From NCBI RefSeq assembly GCF_041913585.1, contig NZ_JAYSFE010000001.1:67033-131032 (forward strand): a DNA stretch of 64,000 nucleotides, in the 5' to 3' direction. Of this stretch, positions 1 to 10,542 are shown piece by piece. Both the position numbers and the translations under genes were made by a program. The stretch's first letter is position 1, and the number at the start of each line of letters is the position of its first letter. The DNA is from Stella sp. (lineage in GTDB: Bacteria > Pseudomonadota > Alphaproteobacteria > ATCC43930 > Allostellaceae). The notes under the pieces are model-generated. The model was not told where the DNA came from and did no database searches. It saw only the letters and a list, made by a program, of their open reading frames with translations.

Positions 1-533
1 TCGATCTCGACGGCACCGGCGCCGCCGATGTCGCGACCGGCATCGGCTTCCTCGACCACATGCTGGACCAGCTCGCGCGACACGGCCTGTTCGACATCCG
101 CGTCCGGGCCGAAGGCGACCTCCACATCGACTTCCACCACACGACCGAGGACACCGGCATCGCCCTGGGGCAGGCCTTCGCCCAGGCGATGGGCGACCGC
201 CGCGGCATCTCGCGCTGGGGCGACGCGCTCATCCCCATGGACGAGACGCTGACCCGGGTCGCGCTCGACGCGTCCAACCGGCCCTATCTCGTCTGGAAGG
301 TGGTCTTCACCCGCCCCAAGTTGGGGGACATGGACACCGAGCTCTTCAAGGAATGGTTCCAGGCCTTCGCGCAGAACGCCGGCCTCACCCTCCATGTCGA
401 GAATCTCTACGGCGAGAACAACCACCACATCGTGGAAAGCTGCTTCAAGGGTCTGGCCCGGGCGCTGCGCGCCGCGCTCGCGCTCGATCCCCGGCAGGCG
501 GGCTCGGTCCCGTCGACCAAGGGCGTCCTCTAG
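1..533 (+). CDS. hisB: Imidazoleglycerol-phosphate dehydratase (5' truncated by window edge)
   Basis: Frame reads [22 protein letters not shown]; IGPD motifs DFHHTTED and NNHHIVES. Confidence 0.97.
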   Translation, partial: DLDGTGAADVATGIGFLDHMLDQLARHGLFDIRVRAEGDLHIDFHHTTEDTGIALGQAFAQAMGDRRGISRWGDALIPMDETLTRVALDASNRPYLVWKVVFTRPKLGDMDTELFKEWFQAFAQNAGLTLHVENLYGENNHHIVESCFKGLARALRAALALDPRQAGSVPSTKGVL

Positions 534-537
534 TCCG

Positions 538-909
538 ATGCGGGTCTATTCCATCCATGTCCGCGCCGACGACGTGGTCGCCGTGCGCGAAGGCTTCGCC
601 TGGTCCGCGCTGCCGGTGCCGCTGCTGTGGACCCTCGCCCGGCGCATGTGGCTGTGGAGCGCCGTCGTGCTCGCCGTCGACCTGGCCTTCGCCGCCGCCT
701 TCGCGCGCCACTGGTTCGATCCGGTCGAGCTGGCGATGATCGCGTTCGCCTTCCGCTTCCTGTTCGCCGCCGAGGCGCACGACCTGCTGCGGCGCGCGCT
801 CTACTGGCGCGGCTATCTCGAGGAGGGAATGGCCACCGGGCGCGACGCCGACAGCGCGCTGCGGCGCTGGGCCGACCGCCGCGGCGGCTGGGATTCGGCC
901 TTCGCATGA
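538..909 (+). CDS. DUF2628-like small membrane protein (123 aa)
   Basis: ATG 538 just after hisB stop; [19 protein letters not shown] hydrophobic pattern; stop overlaps hisH start (ATGA). Confidence 0.75.
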   Translation: MRVYSIHVRADDVVAVREGFAWSALPVPLLWTLARRMWLWSAVVLAVDLAFAAAFARHWFDPVELAMIAFAFRFLFAAEAHDLLRRALYWRGYLEEGMATGRDADSALRRWADRRGGWDSAFA

Positions 910-1547
910 CGATCGCGGTCGTCGACTACGGCTCCGGCAACCTGCGCTCGGCCGCCAAGGCCCTGGCGCGGGCGGCGCGGGATTCGGGGGATTCGCGGCC
1001 GGTCGCGGTGACGGCCGATCCGGACGCGGTGCGGCGGGCCGACCATGTCGTCCTGCCGGGGGTCGGAGCCTTCGGCGACTGCCGCCGCGGCCTCGGCGCC
1101 GTGCCGGGCATGATCGAGGCGCTGGAGGAGGCCGTGCATCACGGCGGGCGGCCGTTCCTCGGCATCTGCGTCGGCATGCAGCTGATGGCGGATCGCGGAA
1201 TCGAATACGGGGTCCACCCCGGCCTGGGCTGGATCGCCGGCGAAGTGCGGGTGATCGAGCCCTCCGACCCGTCGCTCAAGATCCCGCACATGGGGTGGAA
1301 CGAACTGGGTCCGGTGGCGCCGCATCCGGTGCTGCGCCGCCTGGACCGGGGCGAGCACGTCTATTTCGTCCACAGCTACGCCATCCGGCCGGATCGGCCG
1401 TCCGACCTGCTGGCCACGACCGACTATGGCGGCCCGATCGCGGCGATCGTCGGCCACGACAACCTGATCGGCACCCAGTTCCATCCGGAGAAGAGCCAGG
1501 CCGCCGGCCTGCGCCTTCTCGCCGACTTCCTGGCATGGCGGCCGTGA
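906..1547 (+). CDS. hisH: Imidazole glycerol phosphate synthase glutaminase subunit
   Basis: [46 protein letters not shown]. Confidence 0.97.
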   Translation: MTIAVVDYGSGNLRSAAKALARAARDSGDSRPVAVTADPDAVRRADHVVLPGVGAFGDCRRGLGAVPGMIEALEEAVHHGGRPFLGICVGMQLMADRGIEYGVHPGLGWIAGEVRVIEPSDPSLKIPHMGWNELGPVAPHPVLRRLDRGEHVYFVHSYAIRPDRPSDLLATTDYGGPIAAIVGHDNLIGTQFHPEKSQAAGLRLLADFLAWRP

Positions 1548-2083
1548 CCGCGACCGGGCTCGCCGCCAGCACCTCCGTCGAGGAGATGACCCGCTTCGCG
1601 CGCGGCGACCTCGCCGACCTCTGCGACGCCGCCGAGGCGGCGATCCGCGCCGGCGGCGGCTTCGGCTGGCTCAATCCGCCGCCGCGCCAGGTCATGGAGA
1701 CCTACTGGAAGGGGGTTCTCCTCGTTCCCGAGCGGCGGCTCTTCGTCGGCCGGCTCGACGGCGTCATCGCCGCTTCGGCGCAGATGCTCCGGCCGTCGCG
1801 CCACAACGAGGTGCAGGCGCACGCGGCGACCATGACGACGCATTTCGTCGCGCCCTGGGCGCGCGGGCATGGCCTCGCCCGCCAGCTCGTGGTCACGGTC
1901 TGCGACGCGGCCCGCGCCGAGGGGTTCCGTCTCGTGAACCTCGATGTCCGCGAGACCCAGACCGCCGCCATCGCACACTACGAATCGCTCGGGTTCGTGC
2001 ATTGGGGCACACACCCGCTCTATGCCATCGTCGACGGCACGCCGGTGGCCGGCCGCTACTACTACAAGAGGCTCGACCGGTGA
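1544..2083 (+). CDS. GNAT family N-acetyltransferase
   Basis: GTG overlaps hisH TGA; [12 protein letters not shown] acetyl-CoA motif, [20 protein letters not shown]. Confidence 0.85.
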   Translation: MTATGLAASTSVEEMTRFARGDLADLCDAAEAAIRAGGGFGWLNPPPRQVMETYWKGVLLVPERRLFVGRLDGVIAASAQMLRPSRHNEVQAHAATMTTHFVAPWARGHGLARQLVVTVCDAARAEGFRLVNLDVRETQTAAIAHYESLGFVHWGTHPLYAIVDGTPVAGRYYYKRLDR

Positions 2084-2799
2084 TCCTCTATCCCGCGATC
2101 GACCTCAAGGACGGCCGTTGCGTCCGCCTGCTGCGCGGCGCGATGGACCAGGCGACGGTCTACAACGACGATCCCGCCGCGCAGGCCGCGAGCTTCGCCG
2201 CGGCCGGCTTCTCCTGGCTGCACCTGGTCGACCTGGACGGCGCGCTGCATGGCCGGGCGGTCAACGGCGCCGCGGTGGCCGCGATCCTGGCGGCCGTCGA
2301 CCTGCCGGTCCAGCTCGGCGGTGGCATCCGCGACATGGCGGCGATCGAACGCTGGCTCGCGGCCGGGGTCCGACGCGTCATCCTCGGCACGGTGGCGCTG
2401 CGCGATCCCGACCTCGTGCGGGCGGCCGGCCGCCGCTTCCCGGGCCGGATCGCCGTCGGCATCGATGCCCGCGGCGGCCGCGTCGCCGTCGAAGGCTGGG
2501 TCGAGACGGCCGAGACGACGGCGCTCGATCTCGCCCGCCGCGTCGAGGACGCCGGCGTCGCCGCGCTGGTCTACACGGACATCGACCGCGACGGCACGCT
2601 CTCCGGCGTCAACGTCGCGGCGACGGCCGATCTCGCCCGCGCCGTCTCGATCCCGGTCATCGCCTCGGGCGGCGTCGCCGGCGTGGCCGACATCCATGCG
2701 GTGCGCGCGACCGGAGTGATCGCCGGGGTCGTCGTCGGCCGGGCGCTCTATGACGGCCGCCTCACCGCGGCCGATGCGCTGGCCGCGCTCGCGGCCTGA
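2080..2799 (+). CDS. hisA: ProFAR isomerase
   Basis: GTG overlapping GNAT stop; [49 protein letters not shown]. Confidence 0.97.
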   Translation: MILYPAIDLKDGRCVRLLRGAMDQATVYNDDPAAQAASFAAAGFSWLHLVDLDGALHGRAVNGAAVAAILAAVDLPVQLGGGIRDMAAIERWLAAGVRRVILGTVALRDPDLVRAAGRRFPGRIAVGIDARGGRVAVEGWVETAETTALDLARRVEDAGVAALVYTDIDRDGTLSGVNVAATADLARAVSIPVIASGGVAGVADIHAVRATGVIAGVVVGRALYDGRLTAADALAALAA

Positions 2800-2821
2800 G
2801 CCACATCGGACGAGCCGCGCC

Positions 2822-3580
2822 ATGCTGAAGGCCCGCATCATCCCCTGCCTCGACGTCAAGGACGGCCGCGTCGTCAAGGGCGTCCAGTTCGTCGATCTCG
2901 TCGACGCCGGCGACCCCGTCGAACAGGCCCGCGTCTATGATCGGGCCGGCGCGGACGAGCTCTGCTTCCTCGACATCACCGCGAGCCACGAGGATCGCCG
3001 GACGATCTTCGACGTCGTCTCGCGCACCGCCGACGAGTGCTTCATGCCGCTCACCGTCGGCGGCGGCGTCCGCACGCTGACCGACATCCGCGAGCTGCTG
3101 CTGGCCGGCGCCGACAAGGTCTCGATCAACACCGCCGCCGTCCAGCGACCGGAGTTCGTGGCCGAGGGGGCGGAGAAGTTCGGGGTCCAGTGCATCGTCG
3201 TCGCCATCGACGCCAAGGCCGTGGCGCCCGGCCGATGGGAGGTCTTCACCCATGGTGGCCGCCGCCCGACCGGGCTCGATGCCGTGGAATGGGCGCGCCG
3301 AATGGTGGAACTGGGCGCCGGCGAACTGCTGCTGACCTCGATGGATCGCGACGGCACCGGGCAGGGCTTCGACATCGGCCTCACGCGTGCGGTATCGGAC
3401 GCGGTCCGCGTGCCGGTGATCGCGTCGGGCGGGGTCGGCAATCTCGACCATCTCGTCGCCGGTATCCGCGACGGCCACGCCTCGGCGGTGCTGGCCGCGT
3501 CGATCTTCCATTTCGGGACCTACACCATCGCCGAGGCGAAGGCGCGGATGGCCGAGGCCGGCATCCCGATGCGGCCATGA
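2822..3580 (+). CDS. hisF: Imidazole glycerol phosphate synthase cyclase subunit
   Basis: [51 protein letters not shown]. Confidence 0.98.
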   Translation: MLKARIIPCLDVKDGRVVKGVQFVDLVDAGDPVEQARVYDRAGADELCFLDITASHEDRRTIFDVVSRTADECFMPLTVGGGVRTLTDIRELLLAGADKVSINTAAVQRPEFVAEGAEKFGVQCIVVAIDAKAVAPGRWEVFTHGGRRPTGLDAVEWARRMVELGAGELLLTSMDRDGTGQGFDIGLTRAVSDAVRVPVIASGGVGNLDHLVAGIRDGHASAVLAASIFHFGTYTIAEAKARMAEAGIPMRP

Positions 3581-3906
3581 CGGTGGATGCGCGGGTGCTG
3601 GAGCGCCTGTTCGCGACCGTCGAGGCGCGGCGCGGCGCCGATCCGGACAGCTCCTACACGGCACGGCTCCTCGCCAAGGGGCCGGCGGCCGTCGCCAAGA
3701 AGGTCGGCGAGGAAGCGGTCGAGACGGTCCTGGAGGCGATGCAGGCGCGGCCCGACCGCCTCGCCGCGGAGAGCGCGGACCTGCTCTATCATCTGCTCGT
3801 GCTGTGGGCCGCCTGCGGCGTCCGGCCGGACGACGTGTGGGCCGTCCTGGCAGCCCGCGAGGGCCGGTCCGGCATTGCGGAGAAGGCCTCCCGACCGCCC
3901 GAGTGA
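3577..3906 (+). CDS. hisE: Phosphoribosyl-ATP diphosphatase
   Basis: [28 protein letters not shown]. Confidence 0.96.
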   Translation: MTVDARVLERLFATVEARRGADPDSSYTARLLAKGPAAVAKKVGEEAVETVLEAMQARPDRLAAESADLLYHLLVLWAACGVRPDDVWAVLAAREGRSGIAEKASRPPE

Positions 3907-3918
3907 GGGGGCGGCCGG

Positions 3919-3956
3919 GGGACCGGGACCAACGGCGACGGGGACCAACGGCGATG
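3919..3956 (+). repeat. 16-bp tandem duplication GGGACCAACGGCGA(C/T)G including the HIT start codon
   Basis: 3925-3940 and 3941-3956 match at 15/16 (ACG vs ATG); extra GGGACC at 3919-3924. Confidence 0.9.
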
Positions 3957-4322
3957 AGCTACGACGATTCCAACATCTTCGCCCGCATCCTGCGCGGCGA
4001 GATCCCGTGCCGGAAGGTGTTCGAGGACGACCACGTCCTGGCGTTCGAGGACATCCGGCCGCTGGCGCCGACCCATGTCCTCGTCATCCCCAAGGGGCGC
4101 TACGTCTCCGCCCAGGATTTCTCCGAGACGGCGAGCGAGGCCGAGATCGTCGCCTTCGTCCGCGCCGTCGGGCGCATCGCCCGCGAGCGCGGCATCGACG
4201 CCAGCGGCCATCGCATCCTCGCCAACCACGGGGCCGACGGGCGCCAGGAGGTCCCGCACTTCCACCTCCATCTCGTGGGTGGCCGCGACCTCGGCCGGAT
4301 GCTGCCGTCGGCCCGGGAATAG
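3954..4322 (+). CDS. HIT (histidine triad) nucleotide-binding protein
   Basis: NIFARILRGEIP, THVLVIPKG, QEVPHFHLHLVGG. Confidence 0.95.
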   Translation: MSYDDSNIFARILRGEIPCRKVFEDDHVLAFEDIRPLAPTHVLVIPKGRYVSAQDFSETASEAEIVAFVRAVGRIARERGIDASGHRILANHGADGRQEVPHFHLHLVGGRDLGRMLPSARE

Positions 4323-4346
4323 GCCTCCCGGAGGGAGGCGCGATCG

Positions 4347-5900
4347 ATGGCGCTGCTGCACCGGGTGGCGACGGTCGGCGGGCTGACCGCCGTCAGCCGG
4401 GTGCTCGGCTTCGCCCGCGAGGTGCTGACCGCCGCCTTCCTCGGCGCCGGGCCGGTGGCGGACGCCTTCGTCGTCGCCCTGCGGCTGCCGAACCTCTTCC
4501 GCTCCCTCTTCGCCGAAGGCGCGTTCAGCGCCGCCTTCGTGCCGCTCTTCGCCGGGCGGGCGGCCCGAGACGGCCGGGAGGCGGCGCGAATCTTCGCCGA
4601 GGACGCGCTGTCCTTCCTGCTCGGGGCGATCCTGCTCCTCGTCGTCGCGGCCGAGCTCGCCATGCCGTGGGTGGTCCGGGCGATCGCGCCCGGCTTCGCC
4701 GACGAGCCCGGACGCTTCGCCCTCGCCGTCGAACTGACGCGGATCACCTTTCCCTACCTCGCCTTCATATCGCTGGTCGCCCTCTATGGCGGGGTGCTCA
4801 ACGCCCTCGACCGGTTCGCGGCCCAGGCGTCGGCGCCGATCCTCCTCAACCTGTCCCTGATCGCGGCGCTGCTCCTGTTCGCGGACCAGTTTCCGACGCC
4901 CGGACACGCGCTCGCCTGGGGCGTCGCGGTCGCCGGCATCCTCCAGTTCCTCTGGCTCGCCCTGGCGGCGGCGCGGGCCGGCATCCCGCTCGGGCTGCCG
5001 CGCCCGCGGCTGACGCCCGAGACGGTGCGGCTGCTGCGGCTGATGGCGCCCGGCGTCGTCGGCGCCGGCATCACCCAGATCAACCTGCTGGTCTCGACGA
5101 TGCTGGCGTCGCTCCTGCCCGCCGGATCGATCGCCCATCTCTACTATGCCGACCGCCTGAACCAGCTTCCGCTCGGCATCGTCGGCATCGCCGTGGCGAC
5201 GGTGATCCTGCCGCAGCTCGCCCGCGAGCTGCGCTCCGCCACCCCGGAGACGGCGCACGGCACGCACGGACAGGGGATGGCCCTGGCGCTGGTCGTCACC
5301 CTGCCGGCGGCGCTGGCGCTGGCCGTGCTGGCGGAGCCGATCGTGCGCACCCTCTACGAGCGCGGCCGGTTCGATGCGGGCGACACGACGGCGACGGCGG
5401 CCGCACTCGTCGCCTATGCCGCGGGCCTGCCGGCCTTCGTGCTCGGCCGCGTCGCCGTGGTCGGCTTCTTCGCCCGCGAGGACACGGCGACGCCGGTGCG
5501 CATCGCCGCCCTCTCCTTCGTCGTCAATGCCGGTCTCACCCTGCTGCTGATGGGCCCGCTCGGCCATGTCGGCGTGGCGCTGGCGACGACGGCGGCCGGC
5601 TGGCTCTCGCTGGCGGTGATGCTGGCGGTCCTGGGCCGGCGCGGGCAGTTCCGGCCCGACCGCGCCCTGCTGGCGCGCCTGCCGCGGATCCTGGCGGCGG
5701 CGATCGCGATGGCCGCCGCGCTGTGGGTCGCCGATCGGCTGCTGGAACCCTGGCTGGTGGGGCTCGGCTCGGCCGCCCGGTTCGGCGGACTGGCGCTCCT
5801 GGTGGCGGCCGGCCTGGCGGCCTATGGCATCGCCGCGCTCGCCACCGGCGCGGCGCGACCCTCGGAACTGCGACAGCTTCTGCGGCGGCGCCGCGCTTGA
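4347..5900 (+). CDS. murJ: Lipid II flippase MurJ/MviN
   Basis: SRVLGFARE, RLPNLFRSLFAEGAFSAAFVP, YYADRLNQLPLG. Confidence 0.96.
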   Translation: MALLHRVATVGGLTAVSRVLGFAREVLTAAFLGAGPVADAFVVALRLPNLFRSLFAEGAFSAAFVPLFAGRAARDGREAARIFAEDALSFLLGAILLLVVAAELAMPWVVRAIAPGFADEPGRFALAVELTRITFPYLAFISLVALYGGVLNALDRFAAQASAPILLNLSLIAALLLFADQFPTPGHALAWGVAVAGILQFLWLALAAARAGIPLGLPRPRLTPETVRLLRLMAPGVVGAGITQINLLVSTMLASLLPAGSIAHLYYADRLNQLPLGIVGIAVATVILPQLARELRSATPETAHGTHGQGMALALVVTLPAALALAVLAEPIVRTLYERGRFDAGDTTATAAALVAYAAGLPAFVLGRVAVVGFFAREDTATPVRIAALSFVVNAGLTLLLMGPLGHVGVALATTAAGWLSLAVMLAVLGRRGQFRPDRALLARLPRILAAAIAMAAALWVADRLLEPWLVGLGSAARFGGLALLVAAGLAAYGIAALATGAARPSELRQLLRRRRA

Positions 5901-5926
5901 CCCCGGCTGCGGGCAGGGGCGATAAC
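5897..5926 (+). promoter_or_regulatory. Candidate sigma70 promoter for trpS
   Basis: TTGACC-N18-GATAAC about 30 nt upstream of trpS ATG. Confidence 0.35.
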
Positions 5927-5954
5927 CGCCGGCCTTCCCCCGGGATCAGCCGCA

Positions 5955-6965
<1,011 letters not shown>

Positions 6966-7027
6966 CCCCGGCAGGGCAGACCTAGCCTTAGACCCTTCCG
7001 CCCGCGGGGGCTTGAGCGTAGCCTGCG

Positions 7028-7065
7028 AGTCGGGTCCGGCCCCAGACCGGACCCGATTCTATTTT
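7028..7065 (+). terminator. Rho-independent terminator-like hairpin after trpS
   Basis: Perfect 10-bp stem TCGGGTCCGG/CCGGACCCGA, 7-nt loop, followed by TTCTATTTT. Confidence 0.7.
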
Positions 7066-7088
7066 CCGGCCGGGCCAAAAACCGGACA

Positions 7089-8006
7089 ATGACCGTCTAT
7101 CTTCCGATCGCCGAAATGTCCGTCAGCATCTTCCTGCTGATCGGCCTCGGTGCGGGGGTGGGATTCCTCGGCGGAGTCTTCGGGGTGGGCGGTGGTTTCC
7201 TGATGACGCCGTTCCTGATCTTCATCGGCGTCCCGCCGGCCGTCGCCGTGGCTTCCACGGCCAACCAGGTGATCGCCGGCGGCGTCACCAGCGCCTATGC
7301 CCACTGGCGCCGGCGCACCATCGATCTGCGGATGGCCGGGGTGGTGGTGGCAGGCGGCTTCGTCGGCTCGGTGGCGGGCGTGTTGCTGTTCGGTCTGCTG
7401 CGCCGGTTCGGGCAGATCGACCTCTTCATTTCGCTGAGCTATGTCGTGCTGCTCGGTACGGTCGGCATCCTGATGGCGATCGAGGCGACCCGGACGCTGA
7501 TGCGGCGCCGGCACGCCGCCGCCGGCCGCCGCCGGCTGCACGAGCATTTCTGGATGCACGGGCTGCCCTTCAAGGTGCGGTTCCCGCGCTCGCGCCTCTA
7601 TATCAGCGTGCTGATGCCGCTCCTCCTCAGCTTCGGCATCGGCATCCTGTCGGGCGTGATGGGCGTCGGCGGCGGCTTCGTCATGGTGCCGGCGATGATC
7701 TACCTGCTCGGCATGCCGACCCAGGTGGTTCCCGGCACCGCCCAGGTGCAGATCGTCTTCGTCGCCGCCAGCGCCACCCTGCTGCAGGCGATCCAGCACC
7801 AGACGGTCGATGCCCTGCTCGCCTTCATCCTGCTCATCGGCGGCGTCGTCGGCTCGCATTTCGGATCGGTCATGAGTGCCCGCCTGCGCGGCGAGCAGCT
7901 GCGGGGCCTGCTCGCCCTGCTGCTGCTGGCGGTCGCCGGCAAACTGCTCGTCGACCTCCTCCTGACCCCGGGCGACCTCTTCACCGTCGTCACCCAGCGG
8001 CAATAG
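7089..8006 (+). CDS. TSUP (TauE/SafE) family membrane protein
   Basis: YLPIAEMSV, GVFGVGGGFLMTP and second repeat GVMGVGGGFVMVP. Confidence 0.92.
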   Translation: MTVYLPIAEMSVSIFLLIGLGAGVGFLGGVFGVGGGFLMTPFLIFIGVPPAVAVASTANQVIAGGVTSAYAHWRRRTIDLRMAGVVVAGGFVGSVAGVLLFGLLRRFGQIDLFISLSYVVLLGTVGILMAIEATRTLMRRRHAAAGRRRLHEHFWMHGLPFKVRFPRSRLYISVLMPLLLSFGIGILSGVMGVGGGFVMVPAMIYLLGMPTQVVPGTAQVQIVFVAASATLLQAIQHQTVDALLAFILLIGGVVGSHFGSVMSARLRGEQLRGLLALLLLAVAGKLLVDLLLTPGDLFTVVTQRQ

Positions 8007-8014
8007 CCGGACAG

Positions 8015-8767
8015 ATGGTCCCGGCCGCCGCCGCCCTGCGCTTCCTCCTCCTGGTGCTCCTCTGGGTGCCGATGGCGCGGCCGGCCGCGGCCGACCCGCT
8101 CACCGCCGACGTCTCGACCCATCTGATCGCGATCACCACCGGCTTCACCGGCAGCGACGTCGTGCTGTTCGGCGCCACCGACGGCCCGGGCGACATCGTC
8201 GTCCTGGTGCGCGGGCCCGAAGGGCAGGCGACCGTCCGGCGCAAGGGCCGGGTGGCGGGATTCTGGGTCAATGTCGAAAGCGTGCGCTTCGAGCGGGTCC
8301 CGGCCTATTTCGCGATCGCGGCGACGCGCCCGGTCACGGAGTTCACCAGCCCGGCCGTGCGCCAGCGCGAGCAGTTCGGCACCACCTTCCTGCGCTTCGA
8401 CGCCCGCCGCGAACCGTCGCCCGACGTCGCCAGCCGGTTCCGCGAGGCGCTGATCCGGCGCAAGATCGACGAGGGGCTCTATTCCCGGGACCAGGGGCAG
8501 GTGCGGTTCCTCGGCGAGCGCCTGTTCCGCGCCAACATCCGCTTTCCGGCCAACGTCCCGACCGGCACCTACACGGTCGACGTGTTCCTCGTCCGCGACG
8601 GCGAGGTGGTCGCCGCCCAGGCGACGCCGCTCGTCGTCAGCAAGATCGGGGTCGGCGCCGACATGGCGGACATCGCGCACCGCTATGCTGCGCTCTACGG
8701 CATCATTGCCGTGCTGGTCGCGGCGGTGGCAGGATGGCTGGCCGGTATCATCTTCCGCCGCAACTGA
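8015..8767 (+). CDS. TIGR02186-family conserved alphaproteobacterial exported/membrane protein
   Basis: Signal peptide, LTADVSTHLIAITTGFTGSDVVLFGA, LFRANIRFPANVPTGTY, C-terminal TM helix; usual partner of this TSUP. Confidence 0.85.
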   Translation: MVPAAAALRFLLLVLLWVPMARPAAADPLTADVSTHLIAITTGFTGSDVVLFGATDGPGDIVVLVRGPEGQATVRRKGRVAGFWVNVESVRFERVPAYFAIAATRPVTEFTSPAVRQREQFGTTFLRFDARREPSPDVASRFREALIRRKIDEGLYSRDQGQVRFLGERLFRANIRFPANVPTGTYTVDVFLVRDGEVVAAQATPLVVSKIGVGADMADIAHRYAALYGIIAVLVAAVAGWLAGIIFRRN

Positions 8768-8771
8768 CGCG

Positions 8772-9254
8772 ATGAGCGAAGCCGCCGCTGCCATGCCGCG
8801 CATCTTTCTGGTGGTCGTCGACGAAAGCGAGGAGTCGGTCGTGGCCCTGCGCTACGCCTGCCGGCGCGCCCGCCGCACCGGTGGGCGGGTCGCGCTCCTC
8901 TACGTCGTCGACACCGACGACGACGGCCAGTGGATGGGCGTCAAGGAACTGATGCGCGAGGAGAAGCGGGCCGAGGCGGAGGCCCTGATCTCCAAGGCCG
9001 CGGCCGAGGTCGAGCCGCTCGCCGGCGCCCTGCCGATCATCTACATCCGCGAGGGCCGCCGGCGCGACGCCCTGCTCCAGCTCATCGACGAGGATCCCTC
9101 GATCTCGATCCTGGTGCTGGCCGCCTCGACCTCCCCGGACGGGCCGGGGCCGCTCATCAGCTACCTTGCCGGCAAGTACTCCCATCGCCTGAAGATCCCG
9201 GTCACCATCGTGCCGGGCTCGCTCACCGACGCGCAGATCGCCGCCCTCGCCTGA
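8772..9254 (+). CDS. Universal stress protein (UspA family)
   Basis: FLVVVDESEES..ALRYA, REG..RDALL, LVLAA, IPVTIVPG. Confidence 0.9.
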   Translation: MSEAAAAMPRIFLVVVDESEESVVALRYACRRARRTGGRVALLYVVDTDDDGQWMGVKELMREEKRAEAEALISKAAAEVEPLAGALPIIYIREGRRRDALLQLIDEDPSISILVLAASTSPDGPGPLISYLAGKYSHRLKIPVTIVPGSLTDAQIAALA

Positions 9255-9294
9255 CCGGGGCAGGGGGCTGGGCAAGACCCCGACGGCAGCATGG

Positions 9295-9322
9295 TTGATC
9301 GGGGGCGGGCGACCGCCCAGAT
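9295..9322 (+). promoter_or_regulatory. Candidate RpoH (sigma32)-type promoter for nfuA
   Basis: TTGAT-N17-CCAGAT resembles alphaproteobacterial RpoH consensus (CTTGAA-N16/17-CC.NAT); -35 imperfect. Confidence 0.35.
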
Positions 9323-9367
9323 TGGGGGTCGGGTCAAGAATTTCCGGCGCCTCCGGGAGAAGCCATC

Positions 9368-9919
9368 ATGTTCATCCAGACCGAAACCACGCCGAACCCG
9401 GCCACCCTCAAGTTCCTGCCGGGCCGGGAGGTCATGTCCTCCGGCACCGCGGACTTCGCCGACCGCAGCGCGGCCGCCCGCTCGCCGCTGGCCGAGCGCC
9501 TGTTCGAGGTCGAGGGCGTGGCCGGCGTCTTCCTCGGCAGCGACTTCGTCACGGTGACGAAGACCGCCGCGAAGGACTGGTATGTCCTGAAGCCGGCGAT
9601 CCTCGGCACCATCATGGAGCACTTCACCTCCGGTCGGCCGGTGCTGCTGCCGGCGGAGGGCGCAGCGCCGGCCGAGGCCGGCGACGACGACGAGATCGTG
9701 GTCCAGATCAAGGAACTGCTCGACACCCGGGTCCGTCCGGCGGTGGCCCAGGACGGCGGCGACATCGTCTTCCACGGGTTCGAGGACGGCGTCGTCTACC
9801 TGCACATGCAGGGCTCGTGCGCCGGCTGCCCGAGTTCGACGGCGACCCTGAAGAGCGGCATCGAGAACATGCTGCGGCACTACATTCCCGAAGTGCAGGA
9901 AGTCCGCGCCGTCATGTGA
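9368..9919 (+). CDS. nfuA: NfuA/NifU-family Fe-S carrier (Nfu_N + NifU-C)
   Basis: MFIQTETTPNPATLKFLPG, VRPAVAQDGGD, GSCAGCPSS. Confidence 0.93.
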   Translation: MFIQTETTPNPATLKFLPGREVMSSGTADFADRSAAARSPLAERLFEVEGVAGVFLGSDFVTVTKTAAKDWYVLKPAILGTIMEHFTSGRPVLLPAEGAAPAEAGDDDEIVVQIKELLDTRVRPAVAQDGGDIVFHGFEDGVVYLHMQGSCAGCPSSTATLKSGIENMLRHYIPEVQEVRAVM

Positions 9920-9933
9920 ACCGGGCGGCCGCC

Positions 9934-10482
9934 CTACATCAGGGGCGGCCCCATCGCGCCGTCGGCGATCAGCGGGAACCGCCGGGCGTCGAAGAGCTGG
10001 TAGTGCCACCACTCCTTGCGATAGTGGTCCCAGCCGGCCGCGGTCATGATGCCGAGCAGGAGGAGGCGGTTGCGCTGGGCCTCGACCGGTACGTCGGACC
10101 GGCCGTGGTGCGACTGGTCGACGACGGCGTCGAAGCCGGTCCCCATCGCGAGCTCGCGGCCCGAGCCGTCGACCAGCGTCAGATCGATCGCCACGCCGCG
10201 CGAATGGGGCGACCCACGGCGCGGGTCGGCCACGAAGGTCGGGTCGGGACAGGCCTCCCAGAGGCGCCATTGCGCCTCCGGCGGCCGGTAGGCATCGAAT
10301 ATCTTGAGGCGGAGGCCGAGGCCGGCGGCGATCTCGCTCGCCGCGTGCAGCCGCTCGGCGGCCGCCGCGTGCAGTAGGCAGACGGGATTGCGGTAGATCG
10401 GGGCGCCGGAGAGGTTGTCCGGCGTGGCGTAGGCGAGCTGGACGACGATGCCGGCGCGGGCGGCATCCACGGGAACGAGCAT
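9934..10482 (-). CDS. ddpX: D-alanyl-D-alanine dipeptidase (M15D, VanX/DdpX)
   Basis: YATPDN, FDAYRP, SPHSRGVAIDL (SxHxxGxAxD), MGTGFD, EWWHY. Confidence 0.93.
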   Translation of the reverse strand: MLVPVDAARAGIVVQLAYATPDNLSGAPIYRNPVCLLHAAAAERLHAASEIAAGLGLRLKIFDAYRPPEAQWRLWEACPDPTFVADPRRGSPHSRGVAIDLTLVDGSGRELAMGTGFDAVVDQSHHGRSDVPVEAQRNRLLLLGIMTAAGWDHYRKEWWHYQLFDARRFPLIADGAMGPPLM

Positions 10483-10542
10483 GACGGATCCGTGGTCGGG
10501 AATGGAGAAGGGCTTGGCTAGCATCGAACGCTTCGGCGCACC

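Noticed and set aside
9934-10482. Vancomycin resistance locus
   Set aside because: No vanH, vanA, vanR or vanS; lone DdpX-type enzymes are common in Gram-negatives
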